Assembly (NCBI GenBank): GCA_946965045.2
Contig: OX337228.1
Location: 3,658,001-3,722,000 of the forward strand
DNA: 64,000 nucleotides
Source of the DNA: Epithemia pelagica
Lineage: Eukaryota > Protista > Bacillariophyta
Direction of reading: 5' to 3'
In this document: positions 47,395 through 58,623 of the stretch, piece by piece
How positions within the stretch are numbered: position 1 is the first letter of the stretch
How the letters are laid out: every line of letters begins with the position of its first letter
Made by a program: the position numbers and the translations under genes
The notes under the pieces: generated by a model
Seen by the model: only the letters and a program-made list of their open reading frames with translations
The model's database searches: none
What the model was told of the DNA's origin: nothing

Positions 47395-48393
47395 TTACGA
47401 GGGATCCGAGTCGTCGTGGTGTGTGTCCAGTACCAAGGGAAACAAAGAATCTTGTTCTTCCAATCCTAGGTCCATCCAGCCCGACGGGTCCAGGACTGAG
47501 GACGGAGCACCATGGGCGGCTGTTGTGCATGCGTCCTTGTTCAAGGCAGCTGTGCTTTTATCTTGTTTCTTGCTGCCTTTCAAGGGCTGATGACTCGTCT
47601 TTGGCAATCGGGACCCCATATAATTGATAAAGTGACATGTCAGAGGACGCCGTTGGCCAGGGCAAGCCTGGCGTCGTGGATATTTGGATACTGGGCTCCT
47701 CCCTTGGTTTAGGTTTGGCTGTGGTGGCCAATCAGTTGGCGGTAATCGTTTGCACAGTTCGTCCCACAACCATTCGGAACCCAGTTGGTGCTGGGCCAGT
47801 TGACCGGTTGTAGAAACTGTTCGGGTGCTGGATGCACAATCAATGACATCATCTTCGATAGTGCTCTTGTGTTCAAGTATTTCACAAGACAATGGCTCAG
47901 TGGGACTTGTCGAGAGATGTCCCGTCACATGGTCGAGCGTAAAGAATATTTCATTGTCATCCTCGTGATTCTCGTTGCCACCCCATTCATGATCGTTTCC
48001 GGGAATGACAAGATAAGTCTGAGAGTCAGCTGGAAGGGAAACCAGGGTACTACAACCACTGCTTCTCCTTCGTTTTCTCCCGTTTCCGGACCAGCAATGG
48101 TACAATGACACAATGGCAGCTGAAGAATCTTCTCCCATCTCGTCGTCATCACTTGAGGCATTGTGCATTGATGAGGACGATGACTGGGAGGAAATGATAG
48201 AGGGAGAACGTCGACCCGGTGTATGATCCTGGTGATCCACATCCTCCTCCTCATTGGTGGAACGTTTTGAAGCGTTCATGATGCGACTTTGTCGTCGACG
48301 TCGTCCTTTCGCAGCAAAATTCGACCAACCTTTTTCTTTGAGAGCCTTGCCACCAATTCTCGACGAATCAGCAAGAACTAAATGTCCGATCAC
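47395..48393 (-). CDS. Hypothetical protein, up to 332 aa
   Basis: Long ORF with S/D/E-rich composition like neighbouring genes; no recognised domain; start uncertain. Confidence 0.5.
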   Translation of the reverse strand: MIGHLVLADSSRIGGKALKEKGWSNFAAKGRRRRQSRIMNASKRSTNEEEDVDHQDHTPGRRSPSIISSQSSSSSMHNASSDDDEMGEDSSAAIVSLYHCWSGNGRKRRRSSGCSTLVSLPADSQTYLVIPGNDHEWGGNENHEDDNEIFFTLDHVTGHLSTSPTEPLSCEILEHKSTIEDDVIDCASSTRTVSTTGQLAQHQLGSEWLWDELCKRLPPTDWPPQPNLNQGRSPVSKYPRRQACPGQRRPLTCHFINYMGSRLPKTSHQPLKGSKKQDKSTAALNKDACTTAAHGAPSSVLDPSGWMDLGLEEQDSLFPLVLDTHHDDSDPS

Positions 48394-49076
48394 ACCTCGT
48401 TTGGGTGTTTCTGTGCTTAGGCAAGAGAAGAGGTGTTGATTGGATTGTGGATCTTATTGGCGTCAAACATTCAGCCAGACGGAAAACAAAAAAATATTGG
48501 TGTTGGCTTTGTCCCACTCTGAGAAAAGTGAGAAATGTGCCGAAAGGCCATTCGCTTTATCTTTTGCGTCGCACATTTTGTGTACACCATCCAGGCTTTC
48601 GAATTGCGAACAGCACATACAGGCACGGGCTGGCACCTCACCATCTGTTCTGTTCCACCTGTTGTCTTTTGTTATCCCCCATGTCTCATGGTCGCACCAA
48701 CGAGCCACGTCACATCCACTGCATCTGCACACGCTCTGGTCACGTGCCTGGATGCTTTGTGGGGCGTATAGAACTCTCTACTCTCTATCGCTTTGTTCTC
48801 CCATAACCTCTAGCTAGACTAGTGTACTCTAGCTAGAGGTGTTGAGGGTTGAGGAGCTCCCTCTAGAGCTTGCGGAGAGAAGAAGTGTATTGAAACTGCG
48901 TGATCTATCGTCGAAGCTCTACTATAATGATGTGAATCACCACAAACTCTATCCTGTAGCTCGGAAATGTGGGTAAAACGATATATGTGTGGGCATGGTT
49001 TCTCGCAAATAGTGTATGGTATAGTTTGCGCACACCAAGGTTGCGGTAGAAGAGAAAGAGAGATCTTGTATTGTTG

Positions 49077-50327
49077 TCATCCCGACACGATGGCTGCAGA
49101 TGATACGACATTGTTTGTTCGGGTAGTAGTAGGACCTGTGGCCGTGTCTTCCTCGTCCCGGTAAACAAAGATGGAATCGGGCGTGGTGATTTCTTCTTCC
49201 TTGACGCGATCCAATACATAGGATCTTCGATGGTTCAAACCCAAAATACTGGCACTTCCACCGCTGTTACGACTTGTCCGAGCTCGTTTCGGACGATTGC
49301 TGTAGGAAGGAATGGTTACCAGGTCCGCAGTGCTATTGTTGTTGCTGGGAAACCATGATTCCAAAAAGTTGAATCCAATACACATGCAGTTGATGGGATC
49401 GGTTCCAGAGGTACTTGTGGCCACAGAAGTTGTGGCCCGATCATCAAGCAAGGCATTGGCTCGAGATAGCGCGACGCCTGAAGATGAAGAGGATGCGGTG
49501 GTTGTTGGAGGTGTGGAAGCATGCACAGCCCCACCATAATATGCCAATCCCAAGCCTCCTCCATCGTCGACCCGTCTCGAGTCTCTCCAGGCGGACGCAT
49601 GGTCTCCAAAATAAGCAGGGACACCTCGATACGCTGCGACTGGGTCTACGGCCAGACGGTGATCACTACTGGAATCTGTGGACCACGCCCCATATTCGTC
49701 CTCGTCTTCGTCCTTGAATAGAGCTATAGCTGGTGGGGCAGCACCAGACATGGTTCGATGAATAGCCTGAGAACGAAGAGGTATTGAAGAACTTGCATCT
49801 GTCAGAACAGTGGTATCATCATCCATCATGACCATATCATCATATTCTACGAGGTAGTCACCCGATTGCCCCCGTCCCAAGAGTATCTTGTTGTACGACC
49901 GCTGGCGTGCATGTTTACCCTCACTGCCGCCACCCGCTCGTTCAATATTTTCCAGTTCGCGCAACAAGGACCTCTGCCATGGCTGTTCCAAGTCAAACGA
50001 CAAATCTCGCATCGAACCACTATTCGCTTGGTCCTGAACACTGCTGCCGCCTCCACGAGAGGTTGCTGAGCTGCTGCGACGTTCCGTCGTTGTTGCTTCA
50101 CGGGATTCATCCGTCACAGAAGGGCGAGAACCTCCTCGAGATCCACGCATTTCGCGATGATGAACACGTCCTTCACCCCTGCTTGAAGATGTCGCACTGC
50201 TCGTCGGAATGGGAACTCCTTGTCCTCCAGAAGAAATTCCTTGAGCCATTAACTGGTTCCAACCATGAACGTCATCGGTGTACCGATTCATTTCGTTTCT
50301 GCTTATGTTTTCCCACAAACAAAGCAC
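49077..50327 (-). CDS. Hypothetical S/T/G-rich protein, up to 416 aa
   Basis: Long ORF; probable start MNRYTDDVHGW; no recognised domain. Confidence 0.55.
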   Translation of the reverse strand: MLCLWENISRNEMNRYTDDVHGWNQLMAQGISSGGQGVPIPTSSATSSSRGEGRVHHREMRGSRGGSRPSVTDESREATTTERRSSSATSRGGGSSVQDQANSGSMRDLSFDLEQPWQRSLLRELENIERAGGGSEGKHARQRSYNKILLGRGQSGDYLVEYDDMVMMDDDTTVLTDASSSIPLRSQAIHRTMSGAAPPAIALFKDEDEDEYGAWSTDSSSDHRLAVDPVAAYRGVPAYFGDHASAWRDSRRVDDGGGLGLAYYGGAVHASTPPTTTASSSSSGVALSRANALLDDRATTSVATSTSGTDPINCMCIGFNFLESWFPSNNNSTADLVTIPSYSNRPKRARTSRNSGGSASILGLNHRRSYVLDRVKEEEITTPDSIFVYRDEEDTATGPTTTRTNNVVSSAAIVSG

Positions 50328-51135
50328 GACCGAAAAGATACAATATACAAATCACTCTGCACCCAACTCTCAACGCCTTGAGGTCTCGGTAGTTCAAACA
50401 ATGGATTCCTTGTTTGTCAAGTGAGAAACAGATAACTACCAGTAAGCACAGCAATCAAGGGCGTTTGCGCTATTCGTTCCGCGAAGGATATCTCCTCTCA
50501 TCCATGCCATCGGCAAAGTGATTGACGATGTGGCTTCATCGGTTGAACGTACGAGCCAAATAGAGAGGGCAGCAAAGCAAATAGCCGTCCGGCGATCGTA
50601 TAGACGTTGAGTTAAGTCAAAGCTCACCTTTTTAGCCGTTGAGTCCCAGCTGCATGAATTATTGGCGGCAGGACCCATGCCTTCATATGATCCATCCCGT
50701 TATTGCTGGTCTATGCGCACGTGCATCCAAGACCAACTTCGCATCAAAATCTATGCTACGCGAGCATAGCCTTGTGGATCTATGACGATCGCCGACTCCG
50801 ACTTCCATTCTTAGGGTCTGGCCGTTGCCCCCCAAGACTAAAATGGGGGATTCAACTAATATTATTATCTACACCTCGTCCACCATCAAGAAGATCGAAT
50901 ATTGGAGGCACAGAGAACCTTTAAGGGCGGTAATGATGGGGTTTCATTGATTTCCCAAGAAGATGGCTTTGATCGTAAAATCCTGTAAGGTGGAATGACC
51001 GATCGATTCTCACTGCATAATCCGGCCATGGGGCTAGACCCGTCTGGTGCCAATCATAACTTCATCGGCCTACTTGTTTGTCGACCGACCAGAATCCAGC
51101 TTGTGCAATAAATTTAAGTGCAGGGGAAGACAAAA

Positions 51136-52338
51136 ATGCAGCACAGTGCAGAAGAACAAAGATTGAAACCCCTAAAGCAGCCACTGGACCCTGAGGTATG
51201 CCAAAAGGCAGCTCGCTATGCTGTGCGTGTATGTGAAGAAATGTCCAAGCGCTCGCAACTGTTGGTGGAAGAAGATCCGGATGAAATAAACGTGGCCTTG
51301 TTTGAACGCGATGAGATACTGCCTCACTTGGGGGAAATGCTAGGCAAGGGTGGATTCAATAGTGTGTACGAACTGGAAACAATACAGTTGAACATGACAG
51401 GTCGTCAACCACCAGGTCAAGCCATGCAACGAAATCGTGTTGTTCAGGGTGGTCACAAATTGGCAGTCAAATTCTTGAGCGACGATTCCATGTACAATCC
51501 AGAAGACTTTTGTAATGGTGCGGCCGATTTGTTGATGGAAGCCAAGTACTTGACTGCATTGGCAGCGCACCCCCATCCGGCTCTTATTTCTCTCCATGGA
51601 GTTTCGACATCAGGTCCTTCTGGGTTCTCCAAGCCCGAACGGGCCGGCTTTTTCTTAGTTATTGATCGTCTCTACGATACTTTGGATGGTCGAATTGATG
51701 TTTGGAGGGAATTACAACGACGCAAGGTTGCTGCGCGAGCACCAACCAAAGTCATAAAGGCCTTGTTCCTACAAAGACTTATGGTGGCACAAAGTATTGC
51801 CAGTGCTTTAAGGCATTTACACAAGCTCGAAATAATCTTTCGCGACTTGAAGCCTGACAATGTTGGCTTTGATTACGAGGGACAAGTCAAGTTGTTTGAT
51901 TTTGGACTCGCCAAGGAATTGGACCCAAAACAAAAGAATTCCAATGGTTTGTATCAAATGTCGGGAGGGACGGGGAGTCGTCGTTTCATGGCGCCCGAAG
52001 TGGCACTGTCAGAACCGTACCATTTATCAGCCGATATTTACTCCTACTCAATATTATTGTGGGAACTCTTGACGTTGGACAAGGCTTTTGGGTGGCTGAG
52101 TCCGGAAGAACACAAGGAACGATGTGTCAAACAAGGCGAGCGATTGGAATTGCGGTCATCGTGGTCTTCGAGTCTGCGTGCGTTGTTAGAAAGTTGTTGG
52201 AGTCGCGATGCCAGTAGTCGGCCCACGGCTCGGGAAATGTACAAATTCATACAGCAAGAAATTGATCGAATATACGAGGAAGATTTCATGAGTTCCGCTG
52301 GTGCTGGTGGAGACGACCACGAAGAACGGTACATGTAA
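51136..52338 (+). CDS. Ser/Thr protein kinase (TKL-like family common in diatoms)
   Basis: LGKGGFNSVY, LAVKFL, IFRDLKPDNVG, KLFDFGLAK, GTGSRRFMAPE, ADIYSYS, CW...RPT. Confidence 0.92.
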   Translation: MQHSAEEQRLKPLKQPLDPEVCQKAARYAVRVCEEMSKRSQLLVEEDPDEINVALFERDEILPHLGEMLGKGGFNSVYELETIQLNMTGRQPPGQAMQRNRVVQGGHKLAVKFLSDDSMYNPEDFCNGAADLLMEAKYLTALAAHPHPALISLHGVSTSGPSGFSKPERAGFFLVIDRLYDTLDGRIDVWRELQRRKVAARAPTKVIKALFLQRLMVAQSIASALRHLHKLEIIFRDLKPDNVGFDYEGQVKLFDFGLAKELDPKQKNSNGLYQMSGGTGSRRFMAPEVALSEPYHLSADIYSYSILLWELLTLDKAFGWLSPEEHKERCVKQGERLELRSSWSSSLRALLESCWSRDASSRPTAREMYKFIQQEIDRIYEEDFMSSAGAGGDDHEERYM

Positions 52339-52991
52339 ACTTTCGTTGAAGGGAAGGACTGGCCGTGAGTACCGTCTCACAGAATCCAGGCGCCTTTCAT
52401 TCTAGAGGTTTTCATCGTTCTTATCATCATTTAATAACACATTGCAACGTAGTGTGCTATGACCTATGACGGAATCAACAGATGACTTACGCTTACTTCA
52501 GAATGTCGACCAAATGCGTAGATGTTTCATTAGTAGATACAGCATCCATGATGGATGTTACAAGTATTGTTGTTGTTGCTGTAATAAGGATATTGTAAAA
52601 GCACAATAGAGTATCTCTTATTTCGTCTGTGAAGCGGTCAGTCGAAATTGGTGTGTGAACTTGCGACCAACTCCGTGATACACAGCCGTTACAACGGCTC
52701 AACGGCTGGAAAATTTGTGCCTGCGCGGACTTCGTAAACGCAATGCATTTTATATATAGCGTGCACACGTTCGAAAGATTCCGTTACTTCGGCATCGCGC
52801 CAGACGAGCTTTCCGAAATTCAAACCTGTAAAGTGATCATGTTCAGGACCGATGGATTTGTGAGAACCAACTTTTTGGCCCTTGTCGACTGTGTGACATA
52901 TATTTGTGGGTTAGACTTCTTGTACTCGTTCTTGTTCGAGACAAGACTTTATCCCTTCACATCAGGGTCTGAGGCAATAGGAAGATTTCAT

Positions 52992-53399
52992 ATGATGAAT
53001 CGGATGTTTGTATCGTCGAGACGAGCGGCGTCCATGATCGCTTTGAGCATGCTAATCATGGTCATATCTGTTTCTCTCAGTGAAGCTCAGTACATTCGAT
53101 CACGAGGAGCGCCCGTCCAACAACAGGGAAACGATTACAAAACATATCGAGCGGCAAGTGGTTCGACTACCAAGAAGCAGGAGTCCAACCAGATGGTTTT
53201 TCGTGTCGATGAAATGCTTGATGCCGCTGACAAAGAACTCAGCGACAAAATGAATCAAGAGGAACACAAGGCTACAGAAGCGGAGGACCAAGAGGAGGAA
53301 CAGACGTTTCAACAGCAAGTTGAGCAACTTGAAGAAATGGAGTTTTGGGAACGAGTCCTGCCGGTCAAAGGTTCTCAAAGCTTTAGTATGAATTATTAA
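52992..53399 (+). CDS. Small secreted hypothetical protein (~135 aa)
   Basis: Hydrophobic signal (ASMIALSMLIMVISVSLSEA-Q), then a charged E/Q/K-rich region. Start taken at ATG 52992 inside the 52743 ORF. Confidence 0.55.
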   Translation: MMNRMFVSSRRAASMIALSMLIMVISVSLSEAQYIRSRGAPVQQQGNDYKTYRAASGSTTKKQESNQMVFRVDEMLDAADKELSDKMNQEEHKATEAEDQEEEQTFQQQVEQLEEMEFWERVLPVKGSQSFSMNY

Positions 53400-54021
53400 T
53401 TTGATTGAGATCCGAGCCAAACGAATACTTTGATGGAGTGAAAAGAAATAAGGTGGAATTCCACAAAATGGAATGGATTTACGGTATGGACAGGTATCTG
53501 GTATGGAGTGCGTTGTATATTTTGTGTCTTCTGCATCCGCTTCATCAGCCTCCAGCAATAAAAGAACTACTGTTGAGTATAATCTTCTCTGGTCGAGGAT
53601 TGTGTAGCCGTGATCAGGCTAATATTGCCAACCCAAGAAGAAACTAGTGGTGGGGTGTTGTCCCAACCCATTTCCCCCATCATTTGTGTAACACATACTA
53701 AATACTAACAAAACTTCTCAACTACAGCTATGCCATTTTTATGGTGACATGTCATATTGATTCTTTTCTAGGTATGTCGGATGGATTTAACTTTGCGTAT
53801 AAACAGAAAGTTTTCCGAGAATAGAGTACGCATAAACTTGGTGCGACGAAGATTCCCACATCCCATTCCTATTTAGTAGCCGCGCTATAGGAATTTAGCT
53901 ATGCTCATGTATGGCGAAAAGTCGGCTTCACCAGTAATACATGGGTGTAAAGTGTAAAAGCTCAACCTGTATAATAGCAGATACCAGCCCAAACAACAGC
54001 CCGAAACCCTCCTGGTCGACA

Positions 54022-57000
54022 CTAAGAGCTCGGAGCGACCGTCGGCTCTTGCTTTATTACGACTGGTTCAACAGCCATGGGAGAGCCCACCGCTGCCACC
54101 GCTACATCTTCCAGAGCCGAAGAATCCACGAGTGGGTCATCAAGTGGAGATTCCAGATCTTCAATGTCTTTGGTGCTTTCCAACAAAGACTGGAGATGTT
54201 CGGCTTCTAACTCTACACTGTCTTTCGTAGTTGTGTCCTGGTTCGACGCGGTACTTTTCCCCTCGGCTACCGTGCCAACCGAACCACTTGGTGTATAGAC
54301 TAAACCGCCAGCTGTTCCACTCGTTTGCTCATCAGATATGGAGGTTGGCAGCGACTGTTTTGTATCTCCCTTGATGCTTGCAGCATCTTTTTTGTGATTT
54401 CCACCGACAAATTCTCCGGGATGTCGTGCCCGTGCAGCATTTTGAATTGCCACTGTGGCTGCAACCGCTGCAGCTGCTGCAGTCTGTTGTTCTTGTTGCT
54501 TTTTCTGTAGTAACTGTCGGTATTTCTGCAGTAGGTGGTCATTCAGTCCCCGCAAACGTTGTAGGTTAGGACTCAATTCCGGAGTACCGCAAATTTGACA
54601 TTGCTCTCCCTTAACGCATGTCACCAAGTGGTACAGTAGATGTTTGACCTTGCGACACCACGGAAACGGACAAACGTCAAATGTTGACGTTGTTCCTGGA
54701 CAATCCCGAACATGTAACATCATCCATCGTACGCTTCGACAAACTTCTTGTTGTTTCTCGCACTTGTGCTGACTAGCACAAATGGAGGCATGTGCCATTA
54801 ACACCAATAATCTCGAGGCATCCTTGTCGTCCAGTTTCGGTCCGGAATACTGCGACCCAAAGTTTTCATTCTCGGCCCTATCGGAAGGTGTCATTGCATA
54901 AGAATCTTCACATTCAGATTCTAAATCCAACGACTCATCATCATCGGTCGTGATATCCTCAAGACCGGAGGACACATCGGATCCCAGTGAAACCGTGTCA
55001 TGAGACCCAGCTACCGCGGGGGTCTCGAGGGGTGGTACCGAAACTGGAGGAGTTGGTGCCGTTGTGGAAGTCACAACTTCCATTTCAGCCGAGGTTCCAG
55101 TGCCACCCGTAGTGACCACTGCAGCTTGCGTTGCAGCGGCAGCCGCTGCTGCAGCAGCAGCGCCATTGTCGTCCGCATGCGCCAACAGGGCAGGATGGTA
55201 TTCAATAGCATTGGCCGGTGCACTTATATCCACTCGAGGAATCTGGAAAACGTTACAGGCAAAACGAAACGTAAGATGGCAAGTGTCAGTAACCTAAATG
55301 AAAAGTGCTGTCATGCAATACTTTAGAGCAAGTGAATGTTTCGCACCTGTGTTTTGTGGCATTTGGGACATTCTTGTTGCGTCAGAGCCCACCAGGGATT
55401 GCATTCACATGTACTGCTATACACTTCATTGCATAAGGCACACATATATTCAACTTGTCTTGGTCCTCGCTGTTTCTTAACTTGTCGTGACTTTTTTTCC
55501 ACCCGATGATGAAGCAAGAGTTTGGTTGTGGCCACAGCAGCAGCAGCCGCTCCAGAAGCAGTTTGCAACGCATCCGCACCTCCATTGGCTGCCGCAGCGG
55601 AATGCAACAAGAAAAGATTCTTCTCGTGTCTTTGCTGTCGTTTACGTCGCCGTCTTCGTCGACGCCGCCGTCGTTCCAGATCCTCCATGTCTGCATAAGG
55701 TTCTACTTGAAACTTTTGAACAATGGTGTTTTGGTCTTCATGTGGTTTCTCGTGCTCGGTCTTCGAAGGCAGTTGAGCTACTACAGAGGGTGCAGTAGTT
55801 GTAGCAGCTTTCTCCTGGTCCATCGCGCTGTTCTTGTTTTGGGATGCTGTTGGCAAACCCAAATTCTTGTTCGTTGCCTTAATGACGAGTTCAGTGTCTC
55901 GCACCATTGACTTGTGCACGGACGAGGCGGCTGTAACAGACGACTGCATTTGTTGACTACCCAATGCCATTCCCCCATAGTATCGTTTGGGGGGTTCTGG
56001 CTGGCTAGATGAGGCATCTTCGTCGGGATCGTTCGCGGCACCTTGACTCGTTGCATTCTTCTTCCCCAATGTTGGCCCATGCAATTTTTTGGTAAGCGAC
56101 GATCCTCCCTTCTCAATGGGTTTTCCAAATTGCGTTTGATGAGGTTCAACAGGTGGTGCCGGTGCCTGCGGTTCAATGTAAGCAGCGGCAGTTGCTGCTT
56201 GTTGTTGTTCAGCTTGTCGGCGTCGCTTTTCCGCCGCAGCGGCCGCAAAGGTGCATGGTGGTTCTCCTGTAGTGGACGCGGTGGAGGAATTCGCTACAGA
56301 CGAATCGGGAGGTCGATGCGTCCATCCACTGGAATGTGGCATTCCTGCTGGATTGTGGCGGGCTCCCTGTTGCGCATCCAGTTGTTTCTTGAGTCTGACC
56401 TTGACTGGTAACAAATTGGTTAATATATGCTCTTCGAGTTTGGGAACAATGTCTTCTTGTTTCGGTGAGCTACTCCCATCGTCTGTGCTTGTACTGCCAG
56501 CAGTCGTACTCGAGGAAGAGGGGTGTTGTGGTTGGGAGGAAGGCTGCGAGGTAGCGGTGCTGGACGAGGAGGCCTCTTGCTCCACACCAGCATCAATCTG
56601 TTGTATCGTGTCTTGTAGATGAAGGATAAAAGAGTGCAACTTTTCCCTCCGTTCTCGTGATCCCGCACTTTCTTCGGTCTTTCGGGCTCCCAAAAGTTGT
56701 CGTTCCAGTTTTTCAAACTCTCGCAACATATACGATAGTTCGTTGTGATACTTTTTCTTTAAGTGAATGAATAGTTTTGGTTTCAGGGGAACATCTTTTT
56801 TGGACAACGCTGAGGAAGTAGCCGCTGCAGTGCTGGCTTCGGATTGAGCGGTCTTGATAGTGGTGGCGACAGGAGGGCTTGAGGTATTATCTTCTTCAGA
56901 TCCAGAGACTGTAGCCATCGCGGAAGAGGATCCACTGGTTGCAGGGGTAGTGGATGCTGTGGATATGGATGTACCATTAGACTCTGTGGTCTTGCTTGTT

Positions 57001-57332
57001 TGGTCTAGTCTCTGTATCGAAGCCTGCCCAGAACCTGCATTGGTCGTTGTCTCAGTTGTGATAGCAGAATCAGTGGCTGTATCTTTCGTGGATACGGTGC
57101 TTGTTGTCGAGGATGATTTGGAGGTTGTTGCACTGGCTATTGGATGCGTATTTGGATTGTTGGCGATCTTGTCCGTCGAAGAGCTAGTAAAGGATCCAGA
57201 AAGACGAATCTTTTTGAGTTTGGGTTCCGGTTGCTCTTCGTTCTCAATGCAGTGAACGGCTGGAGAAGAAGCAAGCGGTGGATCGACATGAAGAGGGTTC
57301 ATAATCTGCGTGGAGGAGGATTCAGGGGCCAT
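54022..57332 (-). CDS. TAZ zinc-finger protein, 1068 aa, 2 exons (57332-55347, 55242-54022)
   Basis: A phase-0 GT-AG intron (55346-55243) fuses the two ORFs: CPKCHKTQ|IPRVDISAPANAIEYHP. TAZ pattern LMAHASIC...HKC...C...LHVRDC...C.FPWC...HLVTC...C..C. An upstream C4 motif reads CALC...CPKC. Confidence 0.8.
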
Positions 57333-58234
57333 CAGGTGTGACTAGTCAAAAGATCGCGCACAATCAATGGATAGATGAAAGATTCACAGAGTTGATGATC
57401 AAGGAGTTGGGCAGAGAGGTGTGTCTCTTGGATCTGTGCCCGGGGAAGAATCGTCTACAGTTGATTGAAAACCAATACCAAACACAAAGGGAACGATGAC
57501 GGATGATGTGTGCTACCAATTGGCGGGCATGGAAACAAGAGACTCCACAGACACCAAGAAGACGACCGAGTGTGTTGCCACACATTCACAAGCAAAAGGA
57601 CAGCAAGAAAGGATCAGGAGGACCTCTCGTACTCTTTGTTGGTGTAACTCACAGAAAACTCCCATCACTTCAGCCCACATCACTCCCTTTCGATGATGAT
57701 TGTGGAACCAAAGGCCCTAATTGTCTTTGGTTTTGTCCCGTCGGAACGGCTGAGTAGTAACGAAGAGAGATGTGTGCGATCCAACACAACACGCACGTGA
57801 ACTGTCGTCCAATCAAACCACACACACCTGTCTGTCGTCCGTGTCGGCACGTACAATCGAGAACCGCGCAAGGCGCAAAGGATGACATCACATTGCACGA
57901 AGTTTAACGAGGGCAGTACAGGAACTTTTATATGCCCTCCCTTTAGGCCATTGCAAATCCGAAATCCGAACGCGTGTCGTCGACCCGCTAGTTAGGCCAT
58001 GGTGAACCAGGCTATTATTTCTATCTCCGTCCACATCGTTGGAAAACTGCTTCAAAAGGAAGGGGGAGAGAAGACAAGAGAAGGCAACCATGGAACCAGC
58101 GACCGGGACACCTCACCCTTTGACACACGCACGTACATCAAACATCAACAACGCAACCAACAACCAACGTCAAAAAATCGCAACTCGCGGTCGAGCGATA
58201 GCGATGTTCTATTTTCTTTGATTGTGTCATGATG

Positions 58235-58256
58235 TTAGGGTTAGGGTTAGGGGTTA
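58235..58256 (+). repeat. Short interstitial TTAGGG repeat (telo-box-like)
   Basis: TTAGGG TTAGGG TTAGGGG TTA in intergenic DNA. Confidence 0.7.
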
Positions 58257-58623
58257 AATGCTACTCTCCTCGATCCTCGACCCTCGACACTGGGCAAGCG
58301 ATATGGGATATGGCAAATGAAAAGTGCAGCGCCAACTACATCTACGTCCTCCCAAACCTCCACCACGCACCGACGTAGTTTTTGTTCAGTTTCTGATTTC
58401 TGCTCCTAGGAGTAACTAATTGCTAATTGTCACCGGTCTATCTCCTAGTTCGGACAAGGTACTCCTCTACGAGACGGCCATGCTATGCGGTGACAAAGGG
58501 GTCGTTGGATTGGTATGTTGGCTCCGATGCCATGGCGATTCCGAAAAACTTGGTGTACCGCAGTTCGATTTACATGGCACGGCAATAAATAGGTAGTCTG
58601 TTCCAAAGACGCTGCTTCAACTT

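Noticed and set aside
58235-58256. True telomere or chromosome end
   Set aside because: Only three units, with ordinary genes on both sides.
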